This document shows, piece by piece, positions 12,197 through 24,917 of a DNA stretch of 64,000 bases (position 1 is the stretch's first letter; each line of letters opens with the position of its first letter). The DNA is from Malacoraja senta (Eukaryota), in contig CM075987.1 of assembly GCA_038087875.1 (NCBI GenBank), forward strand, positions 17,858,001 to 17,922,000, written 5' to 3'. A program made the translations under genes and the position numbers. The notes beneath the pieces are model-generated. The model did not search any database. It worked only from the letters and a program-made list of their open reading frames with translations, and was not told where the DNA came from.

Positions 12197-12475
12197 TATC
12201 CTTCTAAACCTTTCCTATCCATGTACCTGTCTAAATGTCTTTAATGTTGTAACAGTCCCTGACTCAACTACCTCTTCAGGCAGCTTGTTCCATTCATCCA
12301 CCACCTTCTGTATGAAATAGTTGCCCCAGATATTAAATCTTTCCCCTCATGATCTTATACACCTCTCTATGATTACCCCTCATCCCCCTGTGCTCCAAGG
12401 AATAAAGTCCTAGACTGCTCAGTCTCTCTCTATAGCTCAGGCTCTTGAGTCCTGGCAACATCCTCGTAAATCTTT

Positions 12476-13790
12476 TTGACGTACACACCACTGGAGATAA
12501 ATGGGGCTACTGTGGATAGGGTGAACTGCTTTAAATACCTGGGAGTCCACATCACAAAGGATCTGACATGGACATCACACGCTGCCGCACTGGTGAGTAA
12601 GGCAAGGCAGCGCCTTTACCACCTCAGGCAGCCGAGGAAATTCAGAGTCTCTCTGAGGATCCTCCAGTGCTTTTACTCTGGGGCTGTAGATAGCATCTTG
12701 TCCGGAGACATCACAGTCTGGTTTGGGAACTGCTCTGCCCAGGACAGGAAGGCTCTGCAGAGAGTAGTGCGTTCAGCCGAACGCACTATGGGAACTACAC
12801 TCGTCCCCCCTGCAGGAACTATACATTAGAAGGTGCAGAACCAGACCCAGCAACATTATGGGGGACCCCTACCACCCCAGCAACGGACTGTTCCAGCTGC
12901 TACGGTTAGGCAAACGCCTCCGCTGTCACGCTGTGAAAACAGAGAGGATGAGACGGAGTTTCTTCCCCCAGGCCATCAGGATTGTAAACTCTTATCTCAC
13001 CAGGGAGTAACTTACTGTACCAATTTACTGTTGGGTTGTGTCTTTTCAAAATTGCTGTAAACATAGAAAATAGGTGCAGGAGTAGGCCATTCGGCCCTTT
13101 GAGCCTGCACCGCCATTCAATATGATCATGGCTGATCATCCAACTCAGTATCCTGTACCTGCCTTCTCTCCCTGATCCCTTTTGCCACAAGGGCCACATC
13201 TAACTCCCTCTTAAATATAGCCAATGAACTGGCCTCAACTATCTTCTGTGGCAGAGAATTCCACAGATTCACCACTCTCTGTGTAAAAAATAATGTTCTC
13301 ATCTCGGTCCTAAAAGACTTCCCCCTTATCCTCAAACTGTGACCCCTTGTTCTGGACTTCCCCAACATCGGGAGTAATCTTCCTGCATTTAGCCTGTCCA
13401 ACCCCTTAAGAATTTTGTGAGTTTCTATAAGATTCCCCCTCAATCTTCTAAATTCTAGCGAGTACAAGCCGCGTCTATCCAGTCTTTCTTCATATGAAAG
13501 TCCTGCCATCCAAGGAATCAGTCTGGTGAACCTTCTCTGCACTCCCTCTATGGCTATAATGTCTTTCCTCAGATTAGGAGACCAAAACTGTACGCAATAC
13601 TCCAGGTGTGGTCTCACCAAGACCCTGTACAACTGCAGTAGAACCCCCCTGCTCCTATACGCAAATTGCATGTAAATACTGATTCTGTTTGATTCTGTTC
13701 TGTAGTTTTTACACAATCCGCAGGCATTGCCACTTTTCATTTCATTGCACATCTTGTATGTGTATGTGACAAATAAACTTGACTCGACTT
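12476..13790 (+). mobile_element. Rex1/Babar-like LINE 3' fragment, interrupted by a CR1-B fragment
   Basis: FKYLGVHI...LTW...KARQRLYHLR...WFGNC...ALQRVVRSAER C-terminal RT region; AATAAA and a short-repeat tail near 13770-13790. Confidence 0.75.
13059..13660 (-). mobile_element. CR1 family B 3' fragment
   Basis: ORF 13126-13752 matches the CR1-B ORF2 C-terminus; reverse-complement tail at 13059-13070. Confidence 0.92.
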
Positions 13791-14123
13791 TTCATAACTT
13801 GCACCCTTTCCAGCTTTCCATATTTCTACAACAGGGTGACCAAAACTGAACACAATACTCCTAATGCGGGCTCACCAATGTCTTGTACAACTGTTATAGA
13901 ACATCCCAACTTCTATACTCAGTGTTGACTGATGAAGGCCAATGTGCTGAAAGCTGTCGAGCTCCCTATCTACCTGTGATGGCATTTTATGGAACTATAT
14001 ACCTGCACTCCAGGATCCTTCTGCTCTACCACTCCCCAGAGCTCTGCCATTCACTGTGAAATCCACTGAGAGAATCCTGAAGGATAGGATATATATGCAT
14101 TTGGATAGACATGGACTGATTAG

Positions 14124-14435
14124 AGTCATAGAGTCAGAGAGTGATACAGTGTGGAAACAGGCCCTTTGGCCCAAATCGCCCACACCAACCAACAATGTCC
14201 CAGCTACACTAGTCCCACCTGCCTGCGCTTGGTCCATATCCCTCCAAACGTCCTATCCATGTACCTGTCTAACTGTTTCTTAAACAGTTCCTCTAGCAGC
14301 TTGCTCCATACACCCACCATCCTTTGTGTGGAAAAGTTACCCCTCAGATTCCTATTAAATCTTTTCCCCTTCACCTTGAACCCATGTCCTCTGGTCCTCG
14401 ATTCCCCTACTCTGGGTAAGCAACTCTGTGCATCT
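14124..14435 (-). mobile_element. CR1 3' end fragment inserted in an old CR1 RT remnant
   Basis: Similar to 11590-11686 plus 12197-12400; flanked by ATTAG at 14119-14123 and 14436-14440. Confidence 0.75.
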
Positions 14436-14547
14436 ATTAGGGATAGTCAGCATGGTTCTCTATGTAGCAGATCATGTTTAACAAATCTTGAGTTGTTTAA
14501 CGAAGGCAAAACCGTAGACAGTTTATCTGTGAACTTCAGCAGGGTAT

Positions 14548-14709
14548 ATTTCAGAAAGAACAGCAGATGCTGGAAAAATCAAAGGTAGACAAAAATGCTG
14601 GAGAAACTCAGTGGATGAGGCAGCATCTATGGAGACCCGAAACGTCACCTATTCCTTCGCTCCATAGATGCTGCCTCACACACTGATTTTCTCCAGCATT
14701 TTTGTACAC
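14548..14709. mobile_element. Palindromic Penelope-like element remnant
   Basis: Inverted arms (GCTGGAGAAACTCAG...GCAGCATCTATGGAG and CTCCATAGATGCTGC...TTCTCCAGC), CCCGAAACGTC motif, 14-bp TSD CTTCAGCAGGGTAT at 14534-14547 and 14710-14723. Confidence 0.72.
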
Positions 14710-14988
14710 CTTCAGCAGGGTATTTGATAAGTTTCTGCATGTAGGTTGGTTTGGAAGGTTAGATCACATGGTATCCGACGTGGATAAATGTGAGGTTATC
14801 CACTTTGGTGGCAAGAACAGGAAGGCATATTATTATCTGAATGGTGTCAAGTTAGGAGAAGGGGATGTGCAACGAGACCTGGGTGTGCTTGTACATCAGT
14901 CACTGAAAGTAAGCATGCAGGTACAGCAGGCAGTGGAGAAAGCCAATGGCATGTTGGCCTTCCTTGCGAGGCGAATTGAGTTTATGAA

Positions 14989-15183
14989 TGTAAATACCTG
15001 AATCTCACACAGGTTAAGGTGTAAGCATCTTTAATGTTCATTCCACTATCACATGTGCAGTACATCACACGTTTAGTCTACTGCAGCTACTGAAGACAGT
15101 AGGCCAGTTCTTACACTATAAAGCATGCAGTAGGCGGAGTTATAATTACTAAGCATTCTGATTGGCTAACATGCCGATCTACA
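14989..15183 (-). repeat. 3' LTR of the Gypsy element (195 bp)
   Basis: TGTA...TACA termini; adjacent polypurine tract AAGAAGAGA on the minus strand (15184-15192). Its last ~25 bp recur at 33784-33807. Confidence 0.8.
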
Positions 15184-17570
15184 TCTCTTCTTGTAGACAT
15201 GAGAAAGCAACTAAGGTGCTTTAAACGGTAAGCTGAGGGAATAATATTGGGGTTAAACAAAATCGCCATATCTAGTGGGTGGCCAGATAACCCACCCGGT
15301 CCTCGTGCGGTAGGGGGCTGCCTCATCACCCTTTCCTTCCGAAAAGATGGGGACTGGGGCTGGTGGTGCCGCGGGAGACCCAATGGGCCTGTGGGGGGGA
15401 ACCGCCATGGGGGAACTGGGGGGGAACCGACGCAGGGCGCTCGGGGCACTCGTTACAACAGGGGACACAGGGGAAGACCGATGCGGGAAATGGGTGGACT
15501 TGGTCGTGGCAGGTGGTGGAACATCTGCAACAGGCATCGGTGTGAACATGAGCGGTGGGGCATCAGGACCCGCAGGCACTGGACAAGGTTCCTTCACCAG
15601 AAGGAGGTGATGACGGTTGTGTCTGTAGAGGACACCATCTACTTCGACCAGGTAAGAGCACGGTTCCTTCGAGGAGCCATGAATATACCCTAGATTTGTA
15701 TGTCCTTTGTCAGTTTGTAGGCGTACCACTTGTCCTAAGTTATACTAGTGGTTTAAGCGGCTTGCTGGTCTTGTCGTAAAACCGCTTTTGTGTGTCGCCT
15801 TTAAACTGCACTCGCTTTTGTATTGCGGTGGGTGAGCGGTCCTGTAGCTGCAGCTGGTGCTGGGAGACGGGCAGTGGTGGACGTGTCTGGAGAGACATTA
15901 GTCGCTGGGCAGGGGAGCCGAGAATGCTGTCCCTTGAAATGTTCCGCAGGTTGAGTAGGTCCAGGTAGACGTCAGATTTTGCTAGGTAGGAACGTTCCAT
16001 GAGTTGTTTAGCTCTTCGAACGCCGTGTTCAGCAAGTCCATTGGACTGTGGGTATTCTGGGCTGCTGGTGACGTGTTGAAAGTTCCACCGTTTGGCAAAG
16101 TTATTGAACTTTTGACTGGTGAATTGCCTTCCAGTGTCAGTTTGAAGGCAGTGATCCAATGCATGGACAGGTGGATTGATAGTTTTTGGATCACTGTTTC
16201 GGAAGGGATCGTTGGGATCGTAGGTCAATTTCAAACCAGCTCGAGTAGGAGACCACCAAAACAAGGTAATGTTTCCCGTGCCATTCAAAGATGTCGGCGG
16301 CCAGTGAAGACCACGGAAGGGAGGGAACTGGCTGATGCAGGAGGAGCTGCTTCTGTTGATGTGGTGTTAAACTGTTGCAGATGGTGCACGATTCCGTCTT
16401 ATCACATATGTACCTTGTCATCCCGGGCCAGTAGTTCTGTTTTGGGCCCGTTTTAGGGTGGCTTCTGTGCTGGGGTGGCCTCCGTGGATGTCTTCGCAGT
16501 ACTCACTCCGCAGATTTGACGATTTGACGATTATTCCGTCCTGTAGCACTAGTTCGTCACGAACCAGGAAGTAGGGTCGTATTTCTAGCCGGGTGTTTGA
16601 CTGTTTGTTGGGCCATCCGTTCCTTATGACGGTGGTTAGCAGTTGCGAAGTTTAATCCGAAGCTGTGTGTTTGGCAAGGCGGCGTATACAGTCAGTGGGC
16701 ACAAACGAGACCTTCAGGACTGAGAATTCGTCTTGTTCGATGGGGTGACGTTCGCTGGTGGTGCACAGGGCTCTGGAGAGCGTGTCTGCGATGTGCATGT
16801 CTTTACCTTTTACGATGCGGAAGTCGAAACACTGTAGCTGCATCATCATGCGTTGTAGACGAGCTGGGGTGGCGTGGATGGGCTTGTTCAGGATGGTGAC
16901 TAGTGGTTGGTGGTCAGTCTGAACAGTGAAAGTTTTGCCAAAAATGAAGTCTTTAAATTTTGAACAGGCAAAGACGACGCGAGCAGTTCCTTCTCAATTT
17001 GGGCATAGCGTTGTTCAGTGTCTGTTAGGGTTTGTGATGCATAGGAGACAGGGATCACATCACCGTCGGTGGTTGGCTGTAGGCATGCTGCGCCTAGCCC
17101 GTACTGAGATGCATCGCAGGTGATGGTGATCGGCAGCTTGAGGTTAAAGTACACCAGTGTTGGTGCGCTGGCTAGCTGGAGCTTGAGCATCTCGAAGGCT
17201 CTTTGGTGTTGTAGGTACCAGGACCATGCAGTGTCCTTGTGTCAGTTGTCGCAGGGGGGCAGAAAGTTTGCTGAGGTTCGGAATGAATTTGCCCAGGTAG
17301 TTCATCATACCAAGGAACCGTTGCAAACTGGTGACGTCAGTTGGAACTGGCAGCTCATTGATGGCTGCAGTTTTTAACGGATCAGGTTTTAATCTGTCGC
17401 TGGTGAATACATGACCGACGTAGGTGACTTCCAGAACACGGAATCTGCACTTGAGAGGGTTCAGTTTGAGGTTGATGTCTCTGGCACGGTTTAGTATCTT
17501 CTTTAAGTTGGCGTCATGCTCAGCCAGATCGCGGCCGTAGACCAGGATGTCGTCAACAATGATGGCTCAT

Positions 17571-17592
17571 GACTTCCGGTGGCGCCATGTTG
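17571..17592 (+). promoter_or_regulatory. Candidate L1 internal promoter: ETS (ACTTCCGG) and YY1-like (CGCCAT) motifs at the element 5' end
   Basis: GACTTCCGGTGGCGCCATGTTG, identical in copy 2 at 40903-40924 (minus). Function is inferred from motif match only. Confidence 0.5.
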
Positions 17593-17763
17593 GACTAACA
17601 GACGTGCACCTAGCTCCTCTCCCGAAAAATTTCACGATTTATCGTGTAAAACGGGTCCAGAAATCGGGATTGTTTTTAAAAACCTTACCGGAGCTTCTGG
17701 TCGCCACGTTGATGACGTCATCATTAAGCGCGATGTTTTAAACGGTGGTTTAAAGCCCTTTAA

Positions 17764-18870
17764 ATGAGTAACCTGCCTCCAGCTGTGAGCCCTCAGAGAA
17801 CAGTGAAAAAGCTGCTGAGAGACCAGAAGAAGCCTGAAGCAGAAGTTACCTCTGAAATCTCTGAAGTCTCTGAAGTGGCTGCAGAAATGGATACAAGATC
17901 TAAGAAAGAGTTTGATGACTGGAAGAAATCAGTGAAAAATATGAAAGATGAGATTCTGGACGAAAATAAAATTATGATGGAAAATATGAAGGAAAATATG
18001 AAGGAAGATATGAAGGAAAATATGGCAAAAATGATGGAAGGAATGGAGAAGATGATGAGGGATTTAAATGCTGGTAATCAGAAGAATATGATTGATTCAC
18101 TGGACATTATGAATAAACGAATTGATGAGGTGAAAGATGGACTATCAGACAGAATGGACAAGATGGATGAAACTACTACGGACAAGTTCACGACTGTGCT
18201 TGAAACAGTAGCTGCAAGTATGCGCACAATTACGGAATTGGAGAAAAACACGGCTCGAGTGGTTGAAGACATGGCAAAAATGAGGCAAGAACATGAGCAA
18301 ATGAGGCGAGAAAATGAACAAACTTCACTACAGATGGTGACTCAACTCAGTAAAGTTTCAGAAAAATGCCTGGACCTGGAAGCTCGCTCTAGACGTCAGA
18401 ATTTGAGAATTCTTGGAGTCTCAGAGGGAGCCGAAGGGGAGGATATGCGTGAGTTTACCATTGGCTTGCTTAAACAACTGCTGAATCTTTCCAGAGAACC
18501 AAAAATCGAAGTGGCTCATCGTGTCCCAAGGTTTAAACAAAGATCTGGTGCGGGAAAAACTTATCCACGACATATTATTGTGAAATTTCGGGATATTTTA
18601 GAACTGGAAGATGTTATGAGCAAAATCAAATACGGTGTGCAACTGCGGCTGGACAATGACACTATTAAGATATTCAGGGACTACCCGTATGAAATTGTGC
18701 AAAAAAGAAACAAATTCGAGAAGGTTAAGGATCTTTTAAGAGGGAAAGAAGGGATCAGATATGGGATATTTTACCCCACGAAAATGCGTATTTCCTTTAA
18801 GGGTTTTGAAAAGTCATTTGTTAAGCCTGAAGACGCGTTTAAATATGCCCAAACTATCGTTGAAAAATAG
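17764..18870 (+). CDS. L1 ORF1p (coiled coil, RRM, CTD), intact 368 aa
   Basis: LEARSRRQNLRILGVSEG, IEVAHRV, PRHIIVKF and YP motifs. Confidence 0.9.
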   Translation: MSNLPPAVSPQRTVKKLLRDQKKPEAEVTSEISEVSEVAAEMDTRSKKEFDDWKKSVKNMKDEILDENKIMMENMKENMKEDMKENMAKMMEGMEKMMRDLNAGNQKNMIDSLDIMNKRIDEVKDGLSDRMDKMDETTTDKFTTVLETVAASMRTITELEKNTARVVEDMAKMRQEHEQMRRENEQTSLQMVTQLSKVSEKCLDLEARSRRQNLRILGVSEGAEGEDMREFTIGLLKQLLNLSREPKIEVAHRVPRFKQRSGAGKTYPRHIIVKFRDILELEDVMSKIKYGVQLRLDNDTIKIFRDYPYEIVQKRNKFEKVKDLLRGKEGIRYGIFYPTKMRISFKGFEKSFVKPEDAFKYAQTIVEK

Positions 18871-19709
18871 AAATCAAAGGGGGGTTTGGCAGACCTGAAC
18901 CATTCTAAGCAATGCTTTGTCTGGGGATAGTTAGACTGTTATCTTTGGAATGTTGAATCAAGGACACTTTCTGTTCAAAACGAGTAAACAACTGAACAGA
19001 TGGGAATGGTATATACCAGAAGCATTTACTTGCTTATTAGATTATAATATTATAACCAATTGTAAGAACTTATCCTATTAACAACTTAATAAGTTATGCA
19101 TGTTAGATTAGAATACTAACAAAAACAACAACAAAAATAACGAACTAACTAACATACTAATATGAATTTTTAATAAATTGAAACCTTATCTATAAGTGGG
19201 AGGAGGGGATGAGAAACGAGCACCTGGCTTAGGCCCAGGGGAACGTCTCGTTAACCCCTTCAACCAACAGTTGATTCTTATTGAAGTCAAAAGTATCGGT
19301 TTAATAATTAGTAGTTAAAATTCCGATATATATATATATGTTATAATGAAATATCCAGGGTAAAATTGTATTATATATCTGAATGTGAGGCCCCGTTTTA
19401 ATATTTTAATATGTTATGATTAACCAAGAGAGCGGAGCTATTTGTGTAACAACGCAATGGAAGTCAAAACAAGGTTTTTTCCCACCTACAGGTGGGACAC
19501 TCGCTACAGTGCCGACTATATCAGACACTGTATTTTCACTTTTTTAGTTGTTTTTTTATCACATAAAATCACATGTTTGTGTTTTGAGTTTAGTGATAAG
19601 CGTAAAATGGACATACCAACAAAACTTAAAAACTCAAAAGTTCCCCCAATACCCAAAGACCTGGGATATGGATGCACCACAAGATTTAAAGGTACTATAA
19701 TTATTCAAA

Positions 19710-22700
19710 ATGCATGACACCAAACAAAAGAACCTAGGAGGAATCTCATTTTGTAGTTGGAATATAAGAGGTATTAACGAACCTATTAAAAGGGGTAAGA
19801 TACTAGCTCAGCTGAAACTGTACAATTCCGACATTACCTTCTTACAAGAAACACACTTAAAATCTCAGGATCAAGTTAGGTTGAGGGCAAAATGGATAGG
19901 TCAAACATACCATTCTTCATTTACTTCAAAATCTAGAGGCACGTCAATCATTATAAGAAAAGGTATACCATTTAAAGCAAAGAATATCATAACAGATATA
20001 GAAGGGAGATACCTAATAGTTAATGGAGAAATCCATGATACTCCACTTACCTTGGTAAATATATATGCCCCTAACTTTGATAAGCCCCTCTTTTTCAATA
20101 AAATTTTCAACATAATTGCAGAGTCTAACTATCAAAATGTTATAATAGGAGGAGACTTTAACTGTGTTTTAGATCCGTACTTAGATAAATCAAGCCAAAA
20201 ACAGAGAGGGAATATGAAATCGAAAACCGGGGAACTTCTCAATACCTATATAAACAATACTAATATAGCAGATGTTTGGAGAATTGTCAATCCAACTGGC
20301 AGGGAATACTCGTTTTATTTAATGGTACATAAGACATACTCACGTATAGACTACTTTCTGCTGGATACAAAATTAATCCCCCAAACATCTAACGCAATAT
20401 ACCACACAAATTCGATTTCAGACCATTCTCCACTAACTTTCTTTTTAAAACTGGAAGGAATGTTTAAGAATAAATCGTTTTGGAGATTTAATTCTCAAAT
20501 TCTAAAAGATCCACAAGCGAGTATATATTTAAAAGAACAAATGGAGGTCTTTTTTCAAATAAATGATACTCCAGATATATCGCCTACTGTATTATGGGAA
20601 TCTTTTAAAGCATACATTAGGGGTATTATAATTTCATATCAAGCTTTTCAAAATAAAAAGAATAAGAATGAACAAAGACAGTTAGAAGAACTTATTAGAC
20701 AAATGGATATAGATAATGCTAAAGATCCATCAATAGATAAACATAATAAAATAATAATTTTGAAATTTAAATTAAATAAATTATTATCTGCCAAACTTAT
20801 AAGACTTTTTCAAATTACAAAACAAGAGCACTTTGAATTTGGGGATAAACCACATAAACTTTTGGCTCGTCAGCTAAAAAAACGAGAAAAGGAACATACT
20901 ATACCAAAGATCAAATCAGATAAAGGGGAATTATTAACAACACCAAAGGAGATTAATAAAAGATTTGCGCAATTTTATGAGAATATGTATACATCTAAAA
21001 CGACAATTGATTCCAATAATATCACAAAGTTTTTGGATAACTGTAATCTTCCAAAGTTAGAGCTGAAGGAACAAGAGGAATTGGGTGCACAAATCTCAAT
21101 TAAGGAATTAGAAGATACAATAAACTCACTAAAGAATGGAAAAACACCAGGCCCTGATGGATTTACTAATTAATTTTATAAAAGCTTTTATGATAAAATA
21201 ATACCAAGATTACAAAAAATGTACCAATATGCTTATAAAAAACGAATACTACCTGATACATTAGCGGAATCAATGATTACACTAATACCTAAGAAAAACA
21301 AAGATTTAGAAGAACCTGGTTCATATAGAGCTATAGCATTGTTAAACACAGATAAAAAAATATTAGCGAAAACATTAGCTAGAAGATTAAGTAAATACAT
21401 TAGTAAATTAATAAACCCAGATCAGACGGGGTTTATCCCTAAGAGATACTCATCTAACAATATGAGACGTCTACTCAACATAATGCACTCATACAAATCT
21501 GAAGATCAAGAATTATCAATTATTTCGCTGGATGCTGAAAAAGCATTTGATCAAGTAGAATGGAATTATATGGATAAAGTATTACAAAAATTCCAACTGG
21601 GGGAGAATTTTATTCTATGGATCAAGTTACATAGATACATAGATACATAGAAATTAGGTGCAGGAGTAGGCCATTCGGCCCTTCGAGCCTGCACCGCCAT
21701 TCAATACGATCATGGCTGATCATCCAACTCAGTATCCCGTACCTGCCTTCTCTCCATACCCCCTGATCCCTTTAGCCACAAGGGCCACATCTAATTCCCT
21801 CTTAAATATAGCAAACCTATATTGTTATATTGTTATATTGTTACTATATAACAAACCTACAGCTAGAATACTAACTAATAACATATTATCCGCAAAATTC
21901 CAACTATCAAGGGGAAATAGACAAGGATGCTCATTATCACCACAGCTGTTTGCTCTCATTATTGAACCGCTAGCAGAAAAAATTAGAATACACCCTGATA
22001 TCCATGGATATAATACTAAAGACTCATATAATAAAATATATTTATACGCAGATGATATATTACTGTACATTACAAAACCTCAAATCACTATACCAAATAT
22101 ATTAAATTTAATTGAAGACTTTGGATCTTTTTCTGGATATAGAATAAATTGGAATAAAAGTGAAATTATGTCAATAAAACCGAAAGATTCAACACATCTT
22201 TTAAAATTCCCTTTTAAAATAGCTACAGAAAAATTTAAATACTTGGGAATCGAAATTACCAGAACATATCAAGGTATGTTTAGGGCAAATTTTGACCCCC
22301 TACTTAATAAATTAAACATACTATTTAAATTCTGGAAAACGCTCCCGATGTCTTTAATAGGCCGAATAAACACAATAAAAATGATCTTTCTACCACAAAT
22401 TTTATACCTATTTCAATCAATTCCTATATACTTACCAAAGAAGTTTTTTTTTAAACTCGACTCAGATATCACTAATTTTATATGGGACTATAAATCACAT
22501 AGAATACAAAAAACTCATCTGAATAAACCTAAAGTATTAGGGGGTTTAGCACTACCTAACTTTATGTATTATTATTGGTCAGTAAATATTAAAAATATGA
22601 TTCAACTGATGGATAACTCCGCCCAACAAGTGGACTGGATTGTAATGGAGAAAGAGGATTGCACCTCTGGAAACATTGGAGCGATCCTGCTTTCTCCAAT

Positions 22701-23715
22701 GAAATTGAATAACATAAATTATAATAAGAACCCAATTATTCATAGTACAATCCGAATTTGGAAACAAATAAAACAAAATTTAAAATTAAGAAATTTATCA
22801 CTTTTATTACCTATAGTTAATAACCCTTCGTTTAATCCCTCTATTATAGATAAAGCTTTTACACATTGGGATAGACTAGGAATTAAAACGCTTGGTGACT
22901 TGTATGAAACTGGAAAATTACTTTCATTTCAACAATTACAAATAAAATATAAACTCGGAAATAATCAATATTTTAAATATTTTCAAATATGCGACTATTT
23001 GAAAAAATATACAAAAGATCATTATAATAACCCAGTAGATGTATTGGATGAGGCAATGCAGATAAAAGCTGAATCAGCAAACTTAATATCATATTTGTAT
23101 AATATTATCTTAAATGTACAAATACCATCTACGGAGGGTATCAGAAGAGACTGGGAACAAGAGTTAGCTATTAAAATTTCAAAGGAAAGTTGGAATGAAC
23201 ACTTATTAAACGTGCATAAATGTTCGATTAATGTAAGACACACTTTAATACAATTTAACATTTTACATAGATTATATTATTCGAAAACTAAAATTCATAA
23301 AATTTTCCCAAATATATCATCTATTTGTGATAAATGTCAATCCCAAGAAGCTACTATAGCGCACTCATTCGTTTTCTGTACAAAAATTCAAAAATTTTGG
23401 AATGAAATTTTTGAAATCTTTACAAAGTTATTTAAAATAAGACTGATACCCAAAGCAGAATGGATTATCTTCGGAATAACGGAAGATGGCCCAGAACTAA
23501 ATGTGTTTCAAAAGAAACTAATGGACTATGGGTTAATAACTGGAAAAAAGCTAATTCTAAAATTTTGGAAGAAGGCTCCAATACCAACTATAAATATGTG
23601 GACTTCAAATATGTTCGAAACATTACACCTGGAAGAGATAAGACTCCTCCTAGCAGGTAAACCAGATCACTTCCACCTGACGTGGTCTGCATTTGTAGAA
23701 TTATTACAAATATAG
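19710..23715 (+). pseudogene. L1 ORF2p (APE-RT-Cys domain), disabled
   Basis: SWNIRG, LQETH, GDFN, SDH, QGCSLSP, YADD and a C-terminal CDKC...H...C. Stop at 21171-21173 and a CR1 insertion at about 21630-21840. Confidence 0.92.
21630..21813 (-). mobile_element. CR1 family B 3' end inserted in L1 ORF2, followed by (TATATTGT)n filler
   Basis: Reverse complement of the CR1-B 3' UTR and tail; absent from L1 copy 2; GTTAC duplicated at the flanks. Confidence 0.88.
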
Positions 23716-24400
23716 GGTGCAAAAGTACTTTAAAAAAAAAATTGAGGTCAGGTAAGGGGGGATGCTAGTTGAAGAGTTGGTATGTCCCATTTACGTAATG
23801 CTCATAAAAATATTTGTTTCTCTCTTTTTCCTCTTTCTCTTTCTCTTTCTTTTCTAGGGTCTATTTCTTAACTCTTCTTCTTTTGTTTCTTAATTTTGCT
23901 CTTATAGGGTCTTCGTCCTTTTTTGTTGTCACATTTTCTACACTTTCACTTTTTCCTTCACTTTCTTCTTTCCTTCAATCTTTTCTTTTTCTAGTGTAAA
24001 AAATAAATGGAGTACATTAATTGTAAGAAGACATAAGTGACGAGTACTAATGTATGTGGTTGTAATGTAATGTACTTCTAATAAATAAAAATTAAAAAAA
24101 ATAATAATTAAAAAAAACAATAAAAAAAAACAATGATGGCTCATGGATATTCTGCAAACAGCTGTTCCATCGTGCGTTGAAAGACTTCGCTAGCTGAGTT
24201 GATGCCGAAGGGCATTCTTGCAAATCTTTTGCGACCAAACGGTGTGGCAACAGTTGTTAGTGCAGATGATGCAAGGTCCAGTGGTATTTGCCAGAAGGAG
24301 CTTTTGGCGTCAAGGACCGAGAACACTGTTGCGTTTCCAATTTGGGCCGCCACGTCTTCAGTTGTTCTCATTGGATAGTGTGGGCGTTTAACCATATAAC

Positions 24401-24917
24401 AACCTGTTGCTGTCCTTCTACCGATGTGCCATGGAAAGTATCCTCTCCTATGGCATCCTGGTGTGGTTTGCTAGCTGTACTGTGGCTGAGAGGAGGGCGC
24501 TGCAGAGAGTTATAAAAACTGCACAGAGCATCACAAACGCTCAACTGCCCTCCTTGGATGATATATATAGGGCCCGATGCTTGCGCCAGGCCATAAACAT
24601 CAAGCAGGACACATCCCACCCTGCCAACCACCTTTTCACTCTGCTACCCTCTGGGAGGCGATTCAGACTAAAAAATAGTTTCTACCCATGTGCGAAAAAA
24701 GAACTTAATTCCAACAGAGAACACTGGGGAAGCAAAATGTAATTCCAAGAAATGCAACATTCTTTTAAAATTCTCTTAAAATACTTATTTATTATTTTTA
24801 CTAATAAGTGTACATATGTGTTAATGGTTGTCGTGTTTGTATTTTTTAACCGGAGGAGATGCAATGGAATTTCGTTGCACAGTATTGTGCAATGACAATA
24901 AACGTATTCTATTCTAT
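24401..24917 (+). mobile_element. Rex1/Babar-like LINE 3' fragment
   Basis: FYRCAMESIL...WF...ALQRVIKTAQ...HPANHLFTLLPSGRRF; AATAAA and (ATTCT)n tail. Confidence 0.75.

Larger units (their letters stand above)
11590..14058 (-). mobile_element. Older CR1 3' portion on the minus strand, split by a Helitron (11687-12196) and a Rex1-like LINE (12476-13790)
   Basis: Reverse-complement CR1 3' UTR and ORF2 C-terminus; the sequence resumes collinearly after each insertion. Confidence 0.75.
17571..24128 (+). mobile_element. Full-length L1 LINE, copy 1
   Basis: 5' UTR, ORF1, ~840-bp spacer, ORF2, AATAAA and A-rich tail. TSD AACAATGATGGCTCAT(G) at 17555-17570 and 24129-24144. Confidence 0.95.

Noticed and set aside
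21712..21840. Apparent novel N-terminus on the 667-aa L1 RT ORF
   Set aside because: It is the antisense strand of an inserted CR1 tail that happens to be in frame.
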